A model generated the notes under the pieces. That model was not told the origin of the DNA. It saw nothing but the letters and a program-made list of their open reading frames with translations, and did no database searches. The translations under genes and the position numbers were made by a program. DNA of 64,000 bases from Sphingomonadaceae bacterium (GTDB lineage Bacteria > Pseudomonadota > Alphaproteobacteria > Sphingomonadales > Sphingomonadaceae). The stretch spans positions 26,223 to 90,222 of the forward strand of contig JAWKXQ010000009.1 of the NCBI GenBank assembly GCA_041396905.1, in the 5' to 3' direction. Positions 27,596 through 35,848 of the stretch are shown here, in pieces; position 1 is the first letter of the stretch, and the number at the start of each line of letters is the position of its first letter.

Positions 27596-29941
27596 TCAGA
27601 ACCTTGCGCCCAGTGTCACGCCCCATGTCCGCGGATCGGGGAAATAGCCCAGCGTCAGCCCGCCAAAGCCAGGCCCGAAATCAATGAAGTTGGACGGGTC
27701 GCGTTCCTTGGTCAGGTTACGGACAAAGCCAGCCAGTTCCAGAGTGGCCCCGCCCAGCTCGATTTCGCTAACCGCCAGCCTCAGATTGATGATCGTGCGC
27801 CCCGGCGATTGCGTGTTGTAGGCATTCTGGTCCGACGGGGTCGGCACAGTCAGCGGATAGGGGAAAGTGAAATATTTGCTGACGTGGTTGAGATCGCCAT
27901 AAAGGTTCAGCTTGCCCCAGCTGCCCTGCGTCACCTGCCAGTCAAAGCCCAGCGTGGCGCTGAATTTGGGCGTATGCGGGAAGGCGCGATTATCGGCAAC
28001 ATCCACCCCGCCATCGATATAGCGGTTATATTTCGCATCGAGGAAGGCCAGCGATCCGTTAAGGGTCAGCCCTTCAACCGGGCGGAAGACGCTTTCCACT
28101 TCCAGACCCTGAATGCGAGCGGAGGCAGCATTGCGGATCACCGATGCCGCCGCGCCGGTGGCACGGAAGATCGACAGCTGGATATCCTTGTGCTTGTCGT
28201 GGAAAGCGGCAAGGTTGAGCACCAGCGCGCCATCCATCATTACCGATTTCAGCCCGACTTCGTAGCTGTCCACCTTTTCCGGGCGATAGGGATCGCACAG
28301 TTCGAATGCGCCGGTCGGGCAGGCCGCCGTGGGGGCGCCGAATTCGTTGGTTTCGCCATTGAAGCCACCCGATTTGAAACCACGGGCGAAGCGGGCATAG
28401 ACGTTCACGTCCGGCGTGATCTTGTAAGACAGGGTCGCGGCCGGTGAGAAATTGTTATATTTCGCGTCCGGTACCCCGCCATAGGGGATATCTGCCACTA
28501 CCAGTGGTGAGGTGATGCCATTGGCAGCGTCAAAATTGATCCGCAGGAAGCGCCGAATATCCTTGCGCTCATGCGTGTAACGGCCACCCAGCGTCAGCAT
28601 CAACGCATCAGTCAGGTCGAAATCGACCTGCGCGTAGAGCGCCCATGCCTTGGTGTTGGAGCCATAATCGGACTGATAGTCAGCCCCGCCGCCAAAGAAG
28701 CTCTGCGGGCCAAGCGTTTCAGCCTTCTCATCGAAATAGAAGGCACCCAGCACATATTTCAGGCGATCATCCATGGCCGCCCCGGTCAGCTGCAGTTCCT
28801 GGCTAAACGCATCATAATCGCTGATGCGCTGGGTGAAGGCGACCGGCAAAGGCGACCCGTCGAGGTCCAGCCCGTCGGCCCAGTTCATGTTGCGATAGGC
28901 GGTGATGGATTTCAGCTCTGCCGCGCCAAGATCCAGCGTCAACGTCAGCGCATGACCATAGGCGCGCGAGCGTTCGTAGATCGCACCGTCAATCGAGGCG
29001 GTCGTTTGCCGTTCCGGATTGGCGTAAAGGTCAATCGGAAAGAAGGCGCCGCCAAAGGCATAGGAAGGCGAACCCGGATCAAAAATGTCACGCAAATCGC
29101 CATTCTGATTGACGCGCAGCAATTGCGCAAAGGGCGGGCGCTGTGTGATCTTGTTGTAATCGTAAGTGTAATCGACCGTCAGATTGCCAAAATCGCCGCG
29201 CAGCTGGACCATGAAGGCCTTGCTGTCGATCGTGTCGATATCCGACACGGAATTGGGCCCGGCGAGGAAGGCCGCGGGGAAGGGGTTGGGAATGGTTTTC
29301 ACCAACCCGTCACGCTTGGTGATCTGGCCAGACACCTTGGCCGCAATCGGCCCCACAGCTGGCAGATCAAGCGACGCGCGGGCACGCACATAATCATAGC
29401 TGCCATAGGTGATTTCAGCCCGGCCACCGGCTTCGCCGCTGGGCTTGCGGGTAATCAGATTGACCGCACCGGCGAGGGAATTGCGCCCATAGAGCGTACC
29501 CTGCGGCCCGCGCAGGATTTCCACCCGTTCCAGATCGGCAATATCGAACAGCGAACCCTGCGCCTTGGAAATATAGACCCCGTCAACATAGAGGCCGACG
29601 GCCGGCTCCCAGGTGATCGCGGGGTTGATCGTTACCGATCCGCGAATGGCGATCTGCGAAATCGTCTTGCTCGACGGGGCACGTTCGATTTTCACATTCG
29701 GAGCGACAGTGCTCAGCGCATCGAGCGATGTTACGCCGCGGCTTTCCAGATATTGCTCACCCACCGCAGAGATGGCGATGGGCACGTCCTGAATATTTTC
29801 CTCGCGCTTCTGCGCGGTGACCACGATGACACCCAGACCCGACTCGTCCGACTGAGGCGGAGCTTCTGATTGAGCGAAGGCAGGCGTGGCAATGGCGACG
29901 GCCAGCGAATACAGCGACAAACGGGCAAGATGACGGGACAT
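27596..29941 (-). CDS. TonB-dependent outer-membrane receptor
   Basis: ATG at 29941 after AGGAGAGG. Signal peptide ...ATPAFAQS, plug region GVIVVTAQKREENIQDVPIAISA, C-terminal ...LGARF. Confidence 0.95.
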   Translation of the reverse strand: MSRHLARLSLYSLAVAIATPAFAQSEAPPQSDESGLGVIVVTAQKREENIQDVPIAISAVGEQYLESRGVTSLDALSTVAPNVKIERAPSSKTISQIAIRGSVTINPAITWEPAVGLYVDGVYISKAQGSLFDIADLERVEILRGPQGTLYGRNSLAGAVNLITRKPSGEAGGRAEITYGSYDYVRARASLDLPAVGPIAAKVSGQITKRDGLVKTIPNPFPAAFLAGPNSVSDIDTIDSKAFMVQLRGDFGNLTVDYTYDYNKITQRPPFAQLLRVNQNGDLRDIFDPGSPSYAFGGAFFPIDLYANPERQTTASIDGAIYERSRAYGHALTLTLDLGAAELKSITAYRNMNWADGLDLDGSPLPVAFTQRISDYDAFSQELQLTGAAMDDRLKYVLGAFYFDEKAETLGPQSFFGGGADYQSDYGSNTKAWALYAQVDFDLTDALMLTLGGRYTHERKDIRRFLRINFDAANGITSPLVVADIPYGGVPDAKYNNFSPAATLSYKITPDVNVYARFARGFKSGGFNGETNEFGAPTAACPTGAFELCDPYRPEKVDSYEVGLKSVMMDGALVLNLAAFHDKHKDIQLSIFRATGAAASVIRNAASARIQGLEVESVFRPVEGLTLNGSLAFLDAKYNRYIDGGVDVADNRAFPHTPKFSATLGFDWQVTQGSWGKLNLYGDLNHVSKYFTFPYPLTVPTPSDQNAYNTQSPGRTIINLRLAVSEIELGGATLELAGFVRNLTKERDPSNFIDFGPGFGGLTLGYFPDPRTWGVTLGARF

Positions 29942-29967
29942 GGGCCTCTCCTGTGTCAATTTCGCAT

Positions 29968-29999
29968 TTGCGTAAATATTATTGCAGCAGATTACGCAA
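29968..29999. promoter_or_regulatory. Perfect operator TTGCGTAA-N16-TTACGCAA between the TonB receptor and the NTF2 gene
   Basis: 16/16 palindrome read directly, 27 nt from the receptor ATG. AT-rich spacer atattattgcagcaga. Confidence 0.6.
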
Positions 30000-30006
30000 T
30001 AGCTTG

Positions 30007-30021
30007 TTGCTTGACAAGCAA
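30007..30021. repeat. 15-bp perfect palindrome TTGCTTGACAAGCAA (contains TTGACA)
   Basis: Read directly, 8 nt downstream of the operator. May be a second protein-binding site or a -35 element. Confidence 0.3.
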
Positions 30022-30101
30022 ATTACCCTTATCGTTGCTCAACCTTGTGATAAATACGCATCACTGTATGGGAGGGGCCGCTTGAGGCTGGCCAGACAGA
30101 T

Positions 30102-30740
30102 ATGACCATCGAAGACCGTATTGACCGTTTGGAATCGCTCGACGCGATCCGCCAGCTTCCCGCAAAATATGCGCTGTGCCTCGACATGCGGGACATGAAC
30201 GCCATGGTCAGCCTGTTCTGCGCCGATGTGCAGGTGGGCAAGGCGGGCACCGGGCGGCAGGCGCTGCGTGCCTATATGGACCGCACACTGCGCAGTCCCT
30301 TCACCGGGACCAGCCACCATATTGGCGGGCATATCATCGAGTTCGATGATCCCGACCATGCGCATGGCGTGGTCTATTCCAAGAACGAGCATGAAACCCC
30401 CGTGGATGGCGGGCCGGATGGCGAATGGGTCATCATGCAGATGATGTATGTCGATGATTACGAACGGCAGGACGGACGCTGGTATTTCCGCCGCCGCCTG
30501 CCGCTCTACTGGTATGCGACGGATCTGAACAAGCCGCCGATGGGCGAGAACAAGATGCGCTGGCCGGGCACGGAATGGGTGGAGGGGAACTTCCACAAGC
30601 TGTTCCCCAGCTTCGCCGAATTCTGGGCGCGTGAAGGCGATGATGGGTCACCGGTGCCCGAACCGGCCCCGCTCGATCAGTTTCTGGCAACGATGCGCCG
30701 CGGGCAGGTTGCACCCAAGGTAAAGGTGCGGGCGGATTGA
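30102..30740 (+). CDS. NTF2-superfamily SnoaL_4-like protein with an about 60-aa C-terminal extension
   Basis: 212 aa. IDRLESLDAIRQLPAKYALCLD (Tyr23-x4-Asp28), His72/73/77, GRWYFRRR core. The tail after residue about 150 has no recognisable motif. Confidence 0.6.
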   Translation: MTIEDRIDRLESLDAIRQLPAKYALCLDMRDMNAMVSLFCADVQVGKAGTGRQALRAYMDRTLRSPFTGTSHHIGGHIIEFDDPDHAHGVVYSKNEHETPVDGGPDGEWVIMQMMYVDDYERQDGRWYFRRRLPLYWYATDLNKPPMGENKMRWPGTEWVEGNFHKLFPSFAEFWAREGDDGSPVPEPAPLDQFLATMRRGQVAPKVKVRAD

Positions 30741-30763
30741 TTGGAATTGCAGTAGGGGGTGAC

Positions 30764-31216
30764 ATGGGACTACGAGGTGTGAACCGCGTGATGATCGCGG
30801 TGCATGATATTGAGAAAGCCAAGCAACACTATGCAGACCTTCTCGGCGCAACCTTCATGGATGCCGACTGGACGGGTGAACCCTTCGGCATCAAGGTTTC
30901 AATTGCTTGGGACGCCGGAATCGAGCTCTGTGCCCCGATGCCCGGTCGGGAGAAGGACAGCGCCGTGTCCCAATTTCTTGCCCATCGTGGCGAGGGCGTG
31001 ATGAATGTGTTCTTCGGCGTAGATAATGGCGATGCGGCAAATGAACGTGCTGCTGCCCAGGGTTACGGTTGTGTCAACATAGTAGATTACACGCAGGAAG
31101 AGATCGACGAGCACCTCAGCGGCCTCTTTGATAAGTATCAAGAGTTTACGCTGGATTCCTTTACGCGCTGCGGATTTGCGATCACGCTCGCACAAATCGA
31201 CGAGAAGACGCAATAA
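30764..31216 (+). CDS. VOC-superfamily protein (glyoxalase / methylmalonyl-CoA-epimerase-like)
   Basis: Start trimmed to MGLRGVNRVMIAVHDIEKAKQHYADLLG after AGGGGG. Single VOC module size (150 aa). Confidence 0.6.
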   Translation: MGLRGVNRVMIAVHDIEKAKQHYADLLGATFMDADWTGEPFGIKVSIAWDAGIELCAPMPGREKDSAVSQFLAHRGEGVMNVFFGVDNGDAANERAAAQGYGCVNIVDYTQEEIDEHLSGLFDKYQEFTLDSFTRCGFAITLAQIDEKTQ

Positions 31217-31225
31217 CAGGCTGAT

Positions 31226-32038
31226 TCAGAAGTAATAGCTCGCTCCATTGGCCACCAGCACCGATCCGTTGACGAAGCTGGCATCCTCGCTGGCGAGGAA
31301 GGCGACGGCGGAGGCGATTTCTGATGGATCGGCGAGGCGGCCAAGCGGGACGGAAGCCTCCATCGAAGCGATCCATTCGGGCGGAATGCCTTGCATGATC
31401 GGCGTATTGGTCGGTCCGGGTGCAACCGCGTTGACGCGGATCTTGCGCGGGGCCAGTTCGCGCGCCAGCTGACGGGTCAGGCCGATTACCGCCGCCTTGC
31501 TGGTGCAATAATGCGGGCTGCCTTCGCCTGATTGCGCACTGGTGGAGCTGATATTGATGATCGTGCCTGGATTGCCGTCTTCCGCCAGCACGCGGGCAAA
31601 TTCGCGGCAGGTGTAGAATGTGCCGTTGATATTGACTGCCAGCACACCGGCCCAGCCATCATCCTCCATATGGATCAGCTGATCGACGAAAATGTCGGAG
31701 CTGCCTTTCTCGGCCAGTTCTTCATTGCGCTGCGCCATGGCACCGTAGAATTGTTCTGATCCGTCATTGGCGGCCTGGCCGATCCCGGCATTGTTGACTG
31801 CGATGTCGAGCCGCCCGAAGGCTTCACGCGCCTGCCGCACGGCCGCGCGGACAGAGGCGGAATCCGCGACATTGCAGCCAAGGGCAAGCGTCGCCCCGCT
31901 GGCGGCGGCATCTTCCTGTTTCAGATCAAGCGCGGCGACCTGTGCGCCATCCTCCATCAACCGGGAGACGATGGCCGCACCAATCCCGCGTCCTGCGCCA
32001 GTGACGATGGCCGCCTTGCCCGCCAGTTTCCCGCTCAT
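31226..32038 (-). CDS. SDR-family oxidoreductase
   Basis: 270 aa. KAAIVTGAGRGIGAAI, NNAGIG, YCTSKAA. ATGA overlap with kstD. Confidence 0.85.
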   Translation of the reverse strand: MSGKLAGKAAIVTGAGRGIGAAIVSRLMEDGAQVAALDLKQEDAAASGATLALGCNVADSASVRAAVRQAREAFGRLDIAVNNAGIGQAANDGSEQFYGAMAQRNEELAEKGSSDIFVDQLIHMEDDGWAGVLAVNINGTFYTCREFARVLAEDGNPGTIINISSTSAQSGEGSPHYCTSKAAVIGLTRQLARELAPRKIRVNAVAPGPTNTPIMQGIPPEWIASMEASVPLGRLADPSEIASAVAFLASEDASFVNGSVLVANGASYYF

Positions 32039-33723
32039 GCTTGGTTGATCCCCAAGGCATCGCGCACTGCGATATAGCCGAAAGTCAGCGCCGGGCCGAT
32101 GGTTACGCCTGCCCCCGGATAGCTCTCGCCCATCGCAGAGGCGGCGTTGTTGCCAATGGCGTAAAGCCCTTCGATGACCTTGCCGCCATCCCCCACCACA
32201 CGCGCGCGATCATCGGTCAGCAAGCCGCCATTGGTGCCAATATCGCCGGGATAGATTGGCATGGCGTAGAACGGCCCCTTCTCCAGCGGCTTGAGGCTGG
32301 GATTGGGAGTGACGGAAGGATCGCCATACATCTTGTCATAGGCTGCCTCGCCCCGGTGGAAATCGGGGTCTTCGCCCTTGGCTGCGCCTTCATTGAAGCG
32401 CGCAATCGTCCCTTCCAGCGCAGCCGGGTCCACGCCCATATCCTGCGCCAGCTCAACAATGGTCGCGCCCTTCTTCAGGATCGTCTTGACCATGCCGTTC
32501 TGCGCCCAGTCCGGCACCAGCGGCAGCAGCGGGCCGACCGGATATTTGTGGCGATAGGAGTGATCAAACACGAACCATGTCGGGCTGGCATCGCCATGCT
32601 CGGCCTCGCGCCGGGCCATTTGCTGGCCGACAATGTGATAGCTGGCCGCTTCGTTGAGGTAACGCTCGCCCTTCTGGTTGACCATGATGCAGCCGGGCAG
32701 GGCGCGTTCAATGGTGCACAGCCGCCCGCGATCTTCACCGGGGACATAGAACACTGGCGCGGCCCAGGCCGAGTGCATGTTCATGGTCTGCGCACCGACT
32801 GACTGTCCGGCGCGTATTGAATCCCCGGTATTGCCGCTGGTGCCGCCCGAATAGAGCGCACTCTTGTAGAGCGGGGCGTTCTCATCGCGCATCTGCTGGT
32901 TCTTGTCGAAACCGCCTGCGGCCAGCACCACGCCCTTGCGTGCACGGATACGCAGCGCCTTGCCGCGATGGCGGATGACAGCGCCGGTGACTTTGCCACC
33001 TTCCTCCACCAGCTCTTCCAGCGGGCTTTCCAGCCACAGTGGCACCTTGCGTTCATTGAGCGCCATGCGCAGCCCGCCTACCAGCGCATTACCCAATGTC
33101 AGGCGGCGATCCTTGCGGCTCTTGAAACGGAACGGCCAGTCGAACCAGTAGCGCGCAAGGCTTTTGGCCAGCTTCCACCACCAGCCCTTCTGGCGAAACA
33201 GCAGGATATAGGTTTCGTCAAAATGCCAGTTGAGATAGCCGAACAGGCTGGCGGCCGGGCTGGCGAAGCGGAGCGATTCCACATCCTTGCCCAGCTCCCG
33301 TCCATCCATCGGCAGCGGCATGTGGGTGCGGTATCCGGTCGGGCTGCCGCCGGGATTTTCCGCGTGGTAATCGGGATAGGGGAAGGCGCAATAGGTGATG
33401 TCCGTATGCGCGCCCATCCAGCGCAGCATGCCCGAGGCATTCTCCACATAGGCGCGGATATTGGCATCGGGAACATTGTCTGCCGACAGGGCGCGGACAT
33501 ATTTGAACGCATCTTCGGGCTTGTCGTCAAACCCGGCTTCGCGCGCCTGATCGCTGGCCGGAATCCAGATCCCTGCGCCAGACGTGGCGGAGGTGCCGCC
33601 CCATTGCGCTTCCTTCTCCACGATCAGTGTGTCGGCACAGTTTTCCGCACCGACCAGCGCGCTCAGCAATCCGCCTGCGCCCGATCCGACGACGAGAAGG
33701 TCAACTTCCTTGTCCCAGCCCAT
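32035..33723 (-). CDS. kstD: 3-ketosteroid delta1-dehydrogenase-like FAD flavoprotein
   Basis: 562 aa. DLLVVGSGAGGLLSALVGAENCADTLIVEKEAQWGGTSATSGAGIWIP closely follows the KstD N-terminal pattern. C-terminal GLYAIGN. Confidence 0.75.
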   Translation of the reverse strand: MGWDKEVDLLVVGSGAGGLLSALVGAENCADTLIVEKEAQWGGTSATSGAGIWIPASDQAREAGFDDKPEDAFKYVRALSADNVPDANIRAYVENASGMLRWMGAHTDITYCAFPYPDYHAENPGGSPTGYRTHMPLPMDGRELGKDVESLRFASPAASLFGYLNWHFDETYILLFRQKGWWWKLAKSLARYWFDWPFRFKSRKDRRLTLGNALVGGLRMALNERKVPLWLESPLEELVEEGGKVTGAVIRHRGKALRIRARKGVVLAAGGFDKNQQMRDENAPLYKSALYSGGTSGNTGDSIRAGQSVGAQTMNMHSAWAAPVFYVPGEDRGRLCTIERALPGCIMVNQKGERYLNEAASYHIVGQQMARREAEHGDASPTWFVFDHSYRHKYPVGPLLPLVPDWAQNGMVKTILKKGATIVELAQDMGVDPAALEGTIARFNEGAAKGEDPDFHRGEAAYDKMYGDPSVTPNPSLKPLEKGPFYAMPIYPGDIGTNGGLLTDDRARVVGDGGKVIEGLYAIGNNAASAMGESYPGAGVTIGPALTFGYIAVRDALGINQA

Positions 33724-33734
33724 GGCTTTGCCCC

Positions 33735-34511
33735 TTAGCTTGGCAGATAAAGCTGCGCGGATTTGCCGCCATCCACCGGCAGCGCGATGCCGGTGATATA
33801 GCTGGCCGCATCAGACAGCAGGAAGATGATCGATTCCGCCAATTCGTCCGGATCGCCGCCGCGCCCCATGGGAATGGCATCTGCCGTCTTGGCTGCAATT
33901 TCAGGTGCCTTGCGCGCGAAATCCTCGTTCCCCGCGGTCTGGACCTGCCCGGGGACGACGCAATTGAGGCGGATATTCTCGCGCGCGACTTCCATTGCGG
34001 CAACCGAAGTGAATTGGATCATTGCCGCCTTGCTCGCGGAATAGCTGGTCATATAGGGCGCAGAGCGAATGGCGGTGGTAGAGCTGACATTGACGATGCT
34101 GCCCCCGCCGCTCTTGCGCATGGCAGCAATCGCGGCCTTGGTCCCGGCAAAGACTGCGTCGGAATTGACGGCAAAATCCTTGCGCCAATGCTCCAGCGAG
34201 AGCTTGTCGAGCGGGGCATAATGCACGCTCATCGCATTGTTCACCAGCATGTCGAGCCGCCCATGGGCATCGGCAATCTGCGTCACTAGCGCGGCATAGG
34301 CTTCTGCATCGGACAAGTCGATGGAATGGATTTCAACCGAGCCCCCTGCGGCGTGAATGGCATTGCGGGTCGCCTCCAGCTTTTCCATGCCACGGGCCAG
34401 AACCACCACATGCGCGCCGCGTGCGGCGAGTTTCTGCGAGGTGGCGCGGCCGATCCCGTCGCTGCCCCCGGTGACGATGGCAACGCGGCCTTCCATATCC
34501 TTCACGCTCAT
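33735..34511 (-). CDS. SDR-family oxidoreductase (hydroxysteroid dehydrogenase candidate)
   Basis: 258 aa. RVAIVTGGSDGIGRAT, NNAMS, YSASKAA. Confidence 0.85.
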   Translation of the reverse strand: MSVKDMEGRVAIVTGGSDGIGRATSQKLAARGAHVVVLARGMEKLEATRNAIHAAGGSVEIHSIDLSDAEAYAALVTQIADAHGRLDMLVNNAMSVHYAPLDKLSLEHWRKDFAVNSDAVFAGTKAAIAAMRKSGGGSIVNVSSTTAIRSAPYMTSYSASKAAMIQFTSVAAMEVARENIRLNCVVPGQVQTAGNEDFARKAPEIAAKTADAIPMGRGGDPDELAESIIFLLSDAASYITGIALPVDGGKSAQLYLPS

Positions 34512-35764
34512 GCAGCGGCCCTTTCAGTGTTGAGTTTGGGGTCGGGTTTGTCCGGCGATTCAATGCAGCTGGTCCCGCCCGGAGAATACATCATGGTCAC
34601 GCAGCGATTGCAGGCGGTGCAGCCCGATGTCTGGATACTGCCTTCGCGCAGCCGGTTCACGAAATGTGGATCATGCACCAGCGCACGGCCCATGGCGATG
34701 GCTTCGAAACCGTCACCCATCGCCTGTTCCACACCCTCATGCGACTGAATTCCGCCGAGATAGGCGAGCGGCATGTCCACCGCAGCGCGCACTTGCTGCG
34801 CCAGCTCGCGCAGATAGTTTTCGCGGAATTCAATCGGCGGCGGGGCGGTCATTTCCTGGATCTTCATGCCCAGTCCGATGATCGGATTGGCCGGTTTCGA
34901 CCCGGAGGAGGGCAGCGGACAGCCAAACATCGCCTGAATCGATTCGACATTCAGCCCGTTGGACAGCACCGCCATATGCGCGCCATCAGCCTGCAGTCGC
35001 TTGGCAACTTCCACGCCTTCGCTGATCGTGTTCCCTTTGCCTGGCCCGTCAGTCATGGAATATTTGACCAGCACGGCCAGATCCTTGCCCACCGCATCCA
35101 GCACCTTGCGCAGCACTTCGCTGGGGAAATTCATGCGCTTTTCAATCGTGCCGCCATAGGCATCGCGCCGCTTGTTATAAATGGGCGAGACAAACTGGCT
35201 GAGCAGATAGCCATGGCCCATATGCAGCTCGACCGCGTCAAACCCTGCTTCGCGCGCCTTGATCGCGGCGGTCACGAATTCTGCCGCCATCGCGTCCATC
35301 TCGTCGCGGTTCATGGCCTTCTTGAAGAAGCGGCCCGACATCACGCCAACCTTGTTGAACCCGCCCGAGGAGGACAGCGGCTTGCTGGTTTGCAGAGTAT
35401 CCTTGTCCAGAAAAGTGAAGCTGCCCGCATGGGTGATCTGCGCGCTGGCCGCCCCGCCATGGCGGTGCACAGCATCGGTCAGCGCGCGGAAATCCGCCAG
35501 TGCATCATCATCCAGCACGGCCTGATCAATAAAGGTCCGTCCATCGCGTGAGGTGGCACAATAGGCGACGGTGGACAACGCCGCCCCGCCTTCGGCCATG
35601 CGTTCGTGAAACCGTGCCAGCCCCTTGCTGACGATGCCGCCCTTGGCCATACCTTCATTGGTCGCCGCCTTGATAAAGCGGTTGCGCAGGGTAAGCGGCC
35701 CGATGGTGAGCGAGCTGTAGGCCTTTTCAAATTGAGACACGCGCTGGGACTCCTCTCTCTTCAC
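34508..35764 (-). CDS. Old-yellow-enzyme/2,4-dienoyl-CoA-reductase-like FMN oxidoreductase with a C-terminal Cys cluster, lacking the FAD/NAD(P)H domain
   Basis: 418 aa. LTIGPLTLRNRFIKAATNEGM OYE N-terminus, ELHMGHGYLLSQF, C-terminal GCTACNRC...C. Confidence 0.7.
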   Translation of the reverse strand: MKREESQRVSQFEKAYSSLTIGPLTLRNRFIKAATNEGMAKGGIVSKGLARFHERMAEGGAALSTVAYCATSRDGRTFIDQAVLDDDALADFRALTDAVHRHGGAASAQITHAGSFTFLDKDTLQTSKPLSSSGGFNKVGVMSGRFFKKAMNRDEMDAMAAEFVTAAIKAREAGFDAVELHMGHGYLLSQFVSPIYNKRRDAYGGTIEKRMNFPSEVLRKVLDAVGKDLAVLVKYSMTDGPGKGNTISEGVEVAKRLQADGAHMAVLSNGLNVESIQAMFGCPLPSSGSKPANPIIGLGMKIQEMTAPPPIEFRENYLRELAQQVRAAVDMPLAYLGGIQSHEGVEQAMGDGFEAIAMGRALVHDPHFVNRLREGSIQTSGCTACNRCVTMMYSPGGTSCIESPDKPDPKLNTERAAA

Positions 35765-35800
35765 GCATTCTTTGAATGAGACTGGCTTTCTGTCAACCGA

Positions 35801-35832
35801 TTGCGTAATATATTTGCATATTCACTACGAAT
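35801..35832. promoter_or_regulatory. Operator-like site TTGCGTAA-N16-CTACGAAT (13/16) in the divergent OYE/SDR promoter region
   Basis: Perfect left half, degenerate right half, identical spacing. 17 nt from the ATG at 35849. Confidence 0.45.
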
Positions 35833-35848
35833 TTATGGGATTGAGGCT

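Noticed and set aside
29968-29999. Reading TTGCGT of the palindrome as a sigma-70 -35 box, with the second half-site as a -10 box
   Set aside because: The position where a -10 would fall reads TTACGC, not TATAAT-like. The element is a true palindrome recurring with fixed spacing, which fits a dimeric DNA-binding protein better. Promoter elements may still sit in the AT-rich spacer.
30007-30021. Equating the TTGCTTGACAAGCAA palindrome, or the main operator, with actinobacterial KstR/KstR2 boxes
   Set aside because: As I recall them, KstR sites are TnnAACnnGTTnnA-like and KstR2 sites have a CAAG-NN-CTTG core. Neither matches TTGCGTAA-N16-TTACGCAA, and the 15-bp palindrome has the inverse core order. 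No TetR gene is present in the window.
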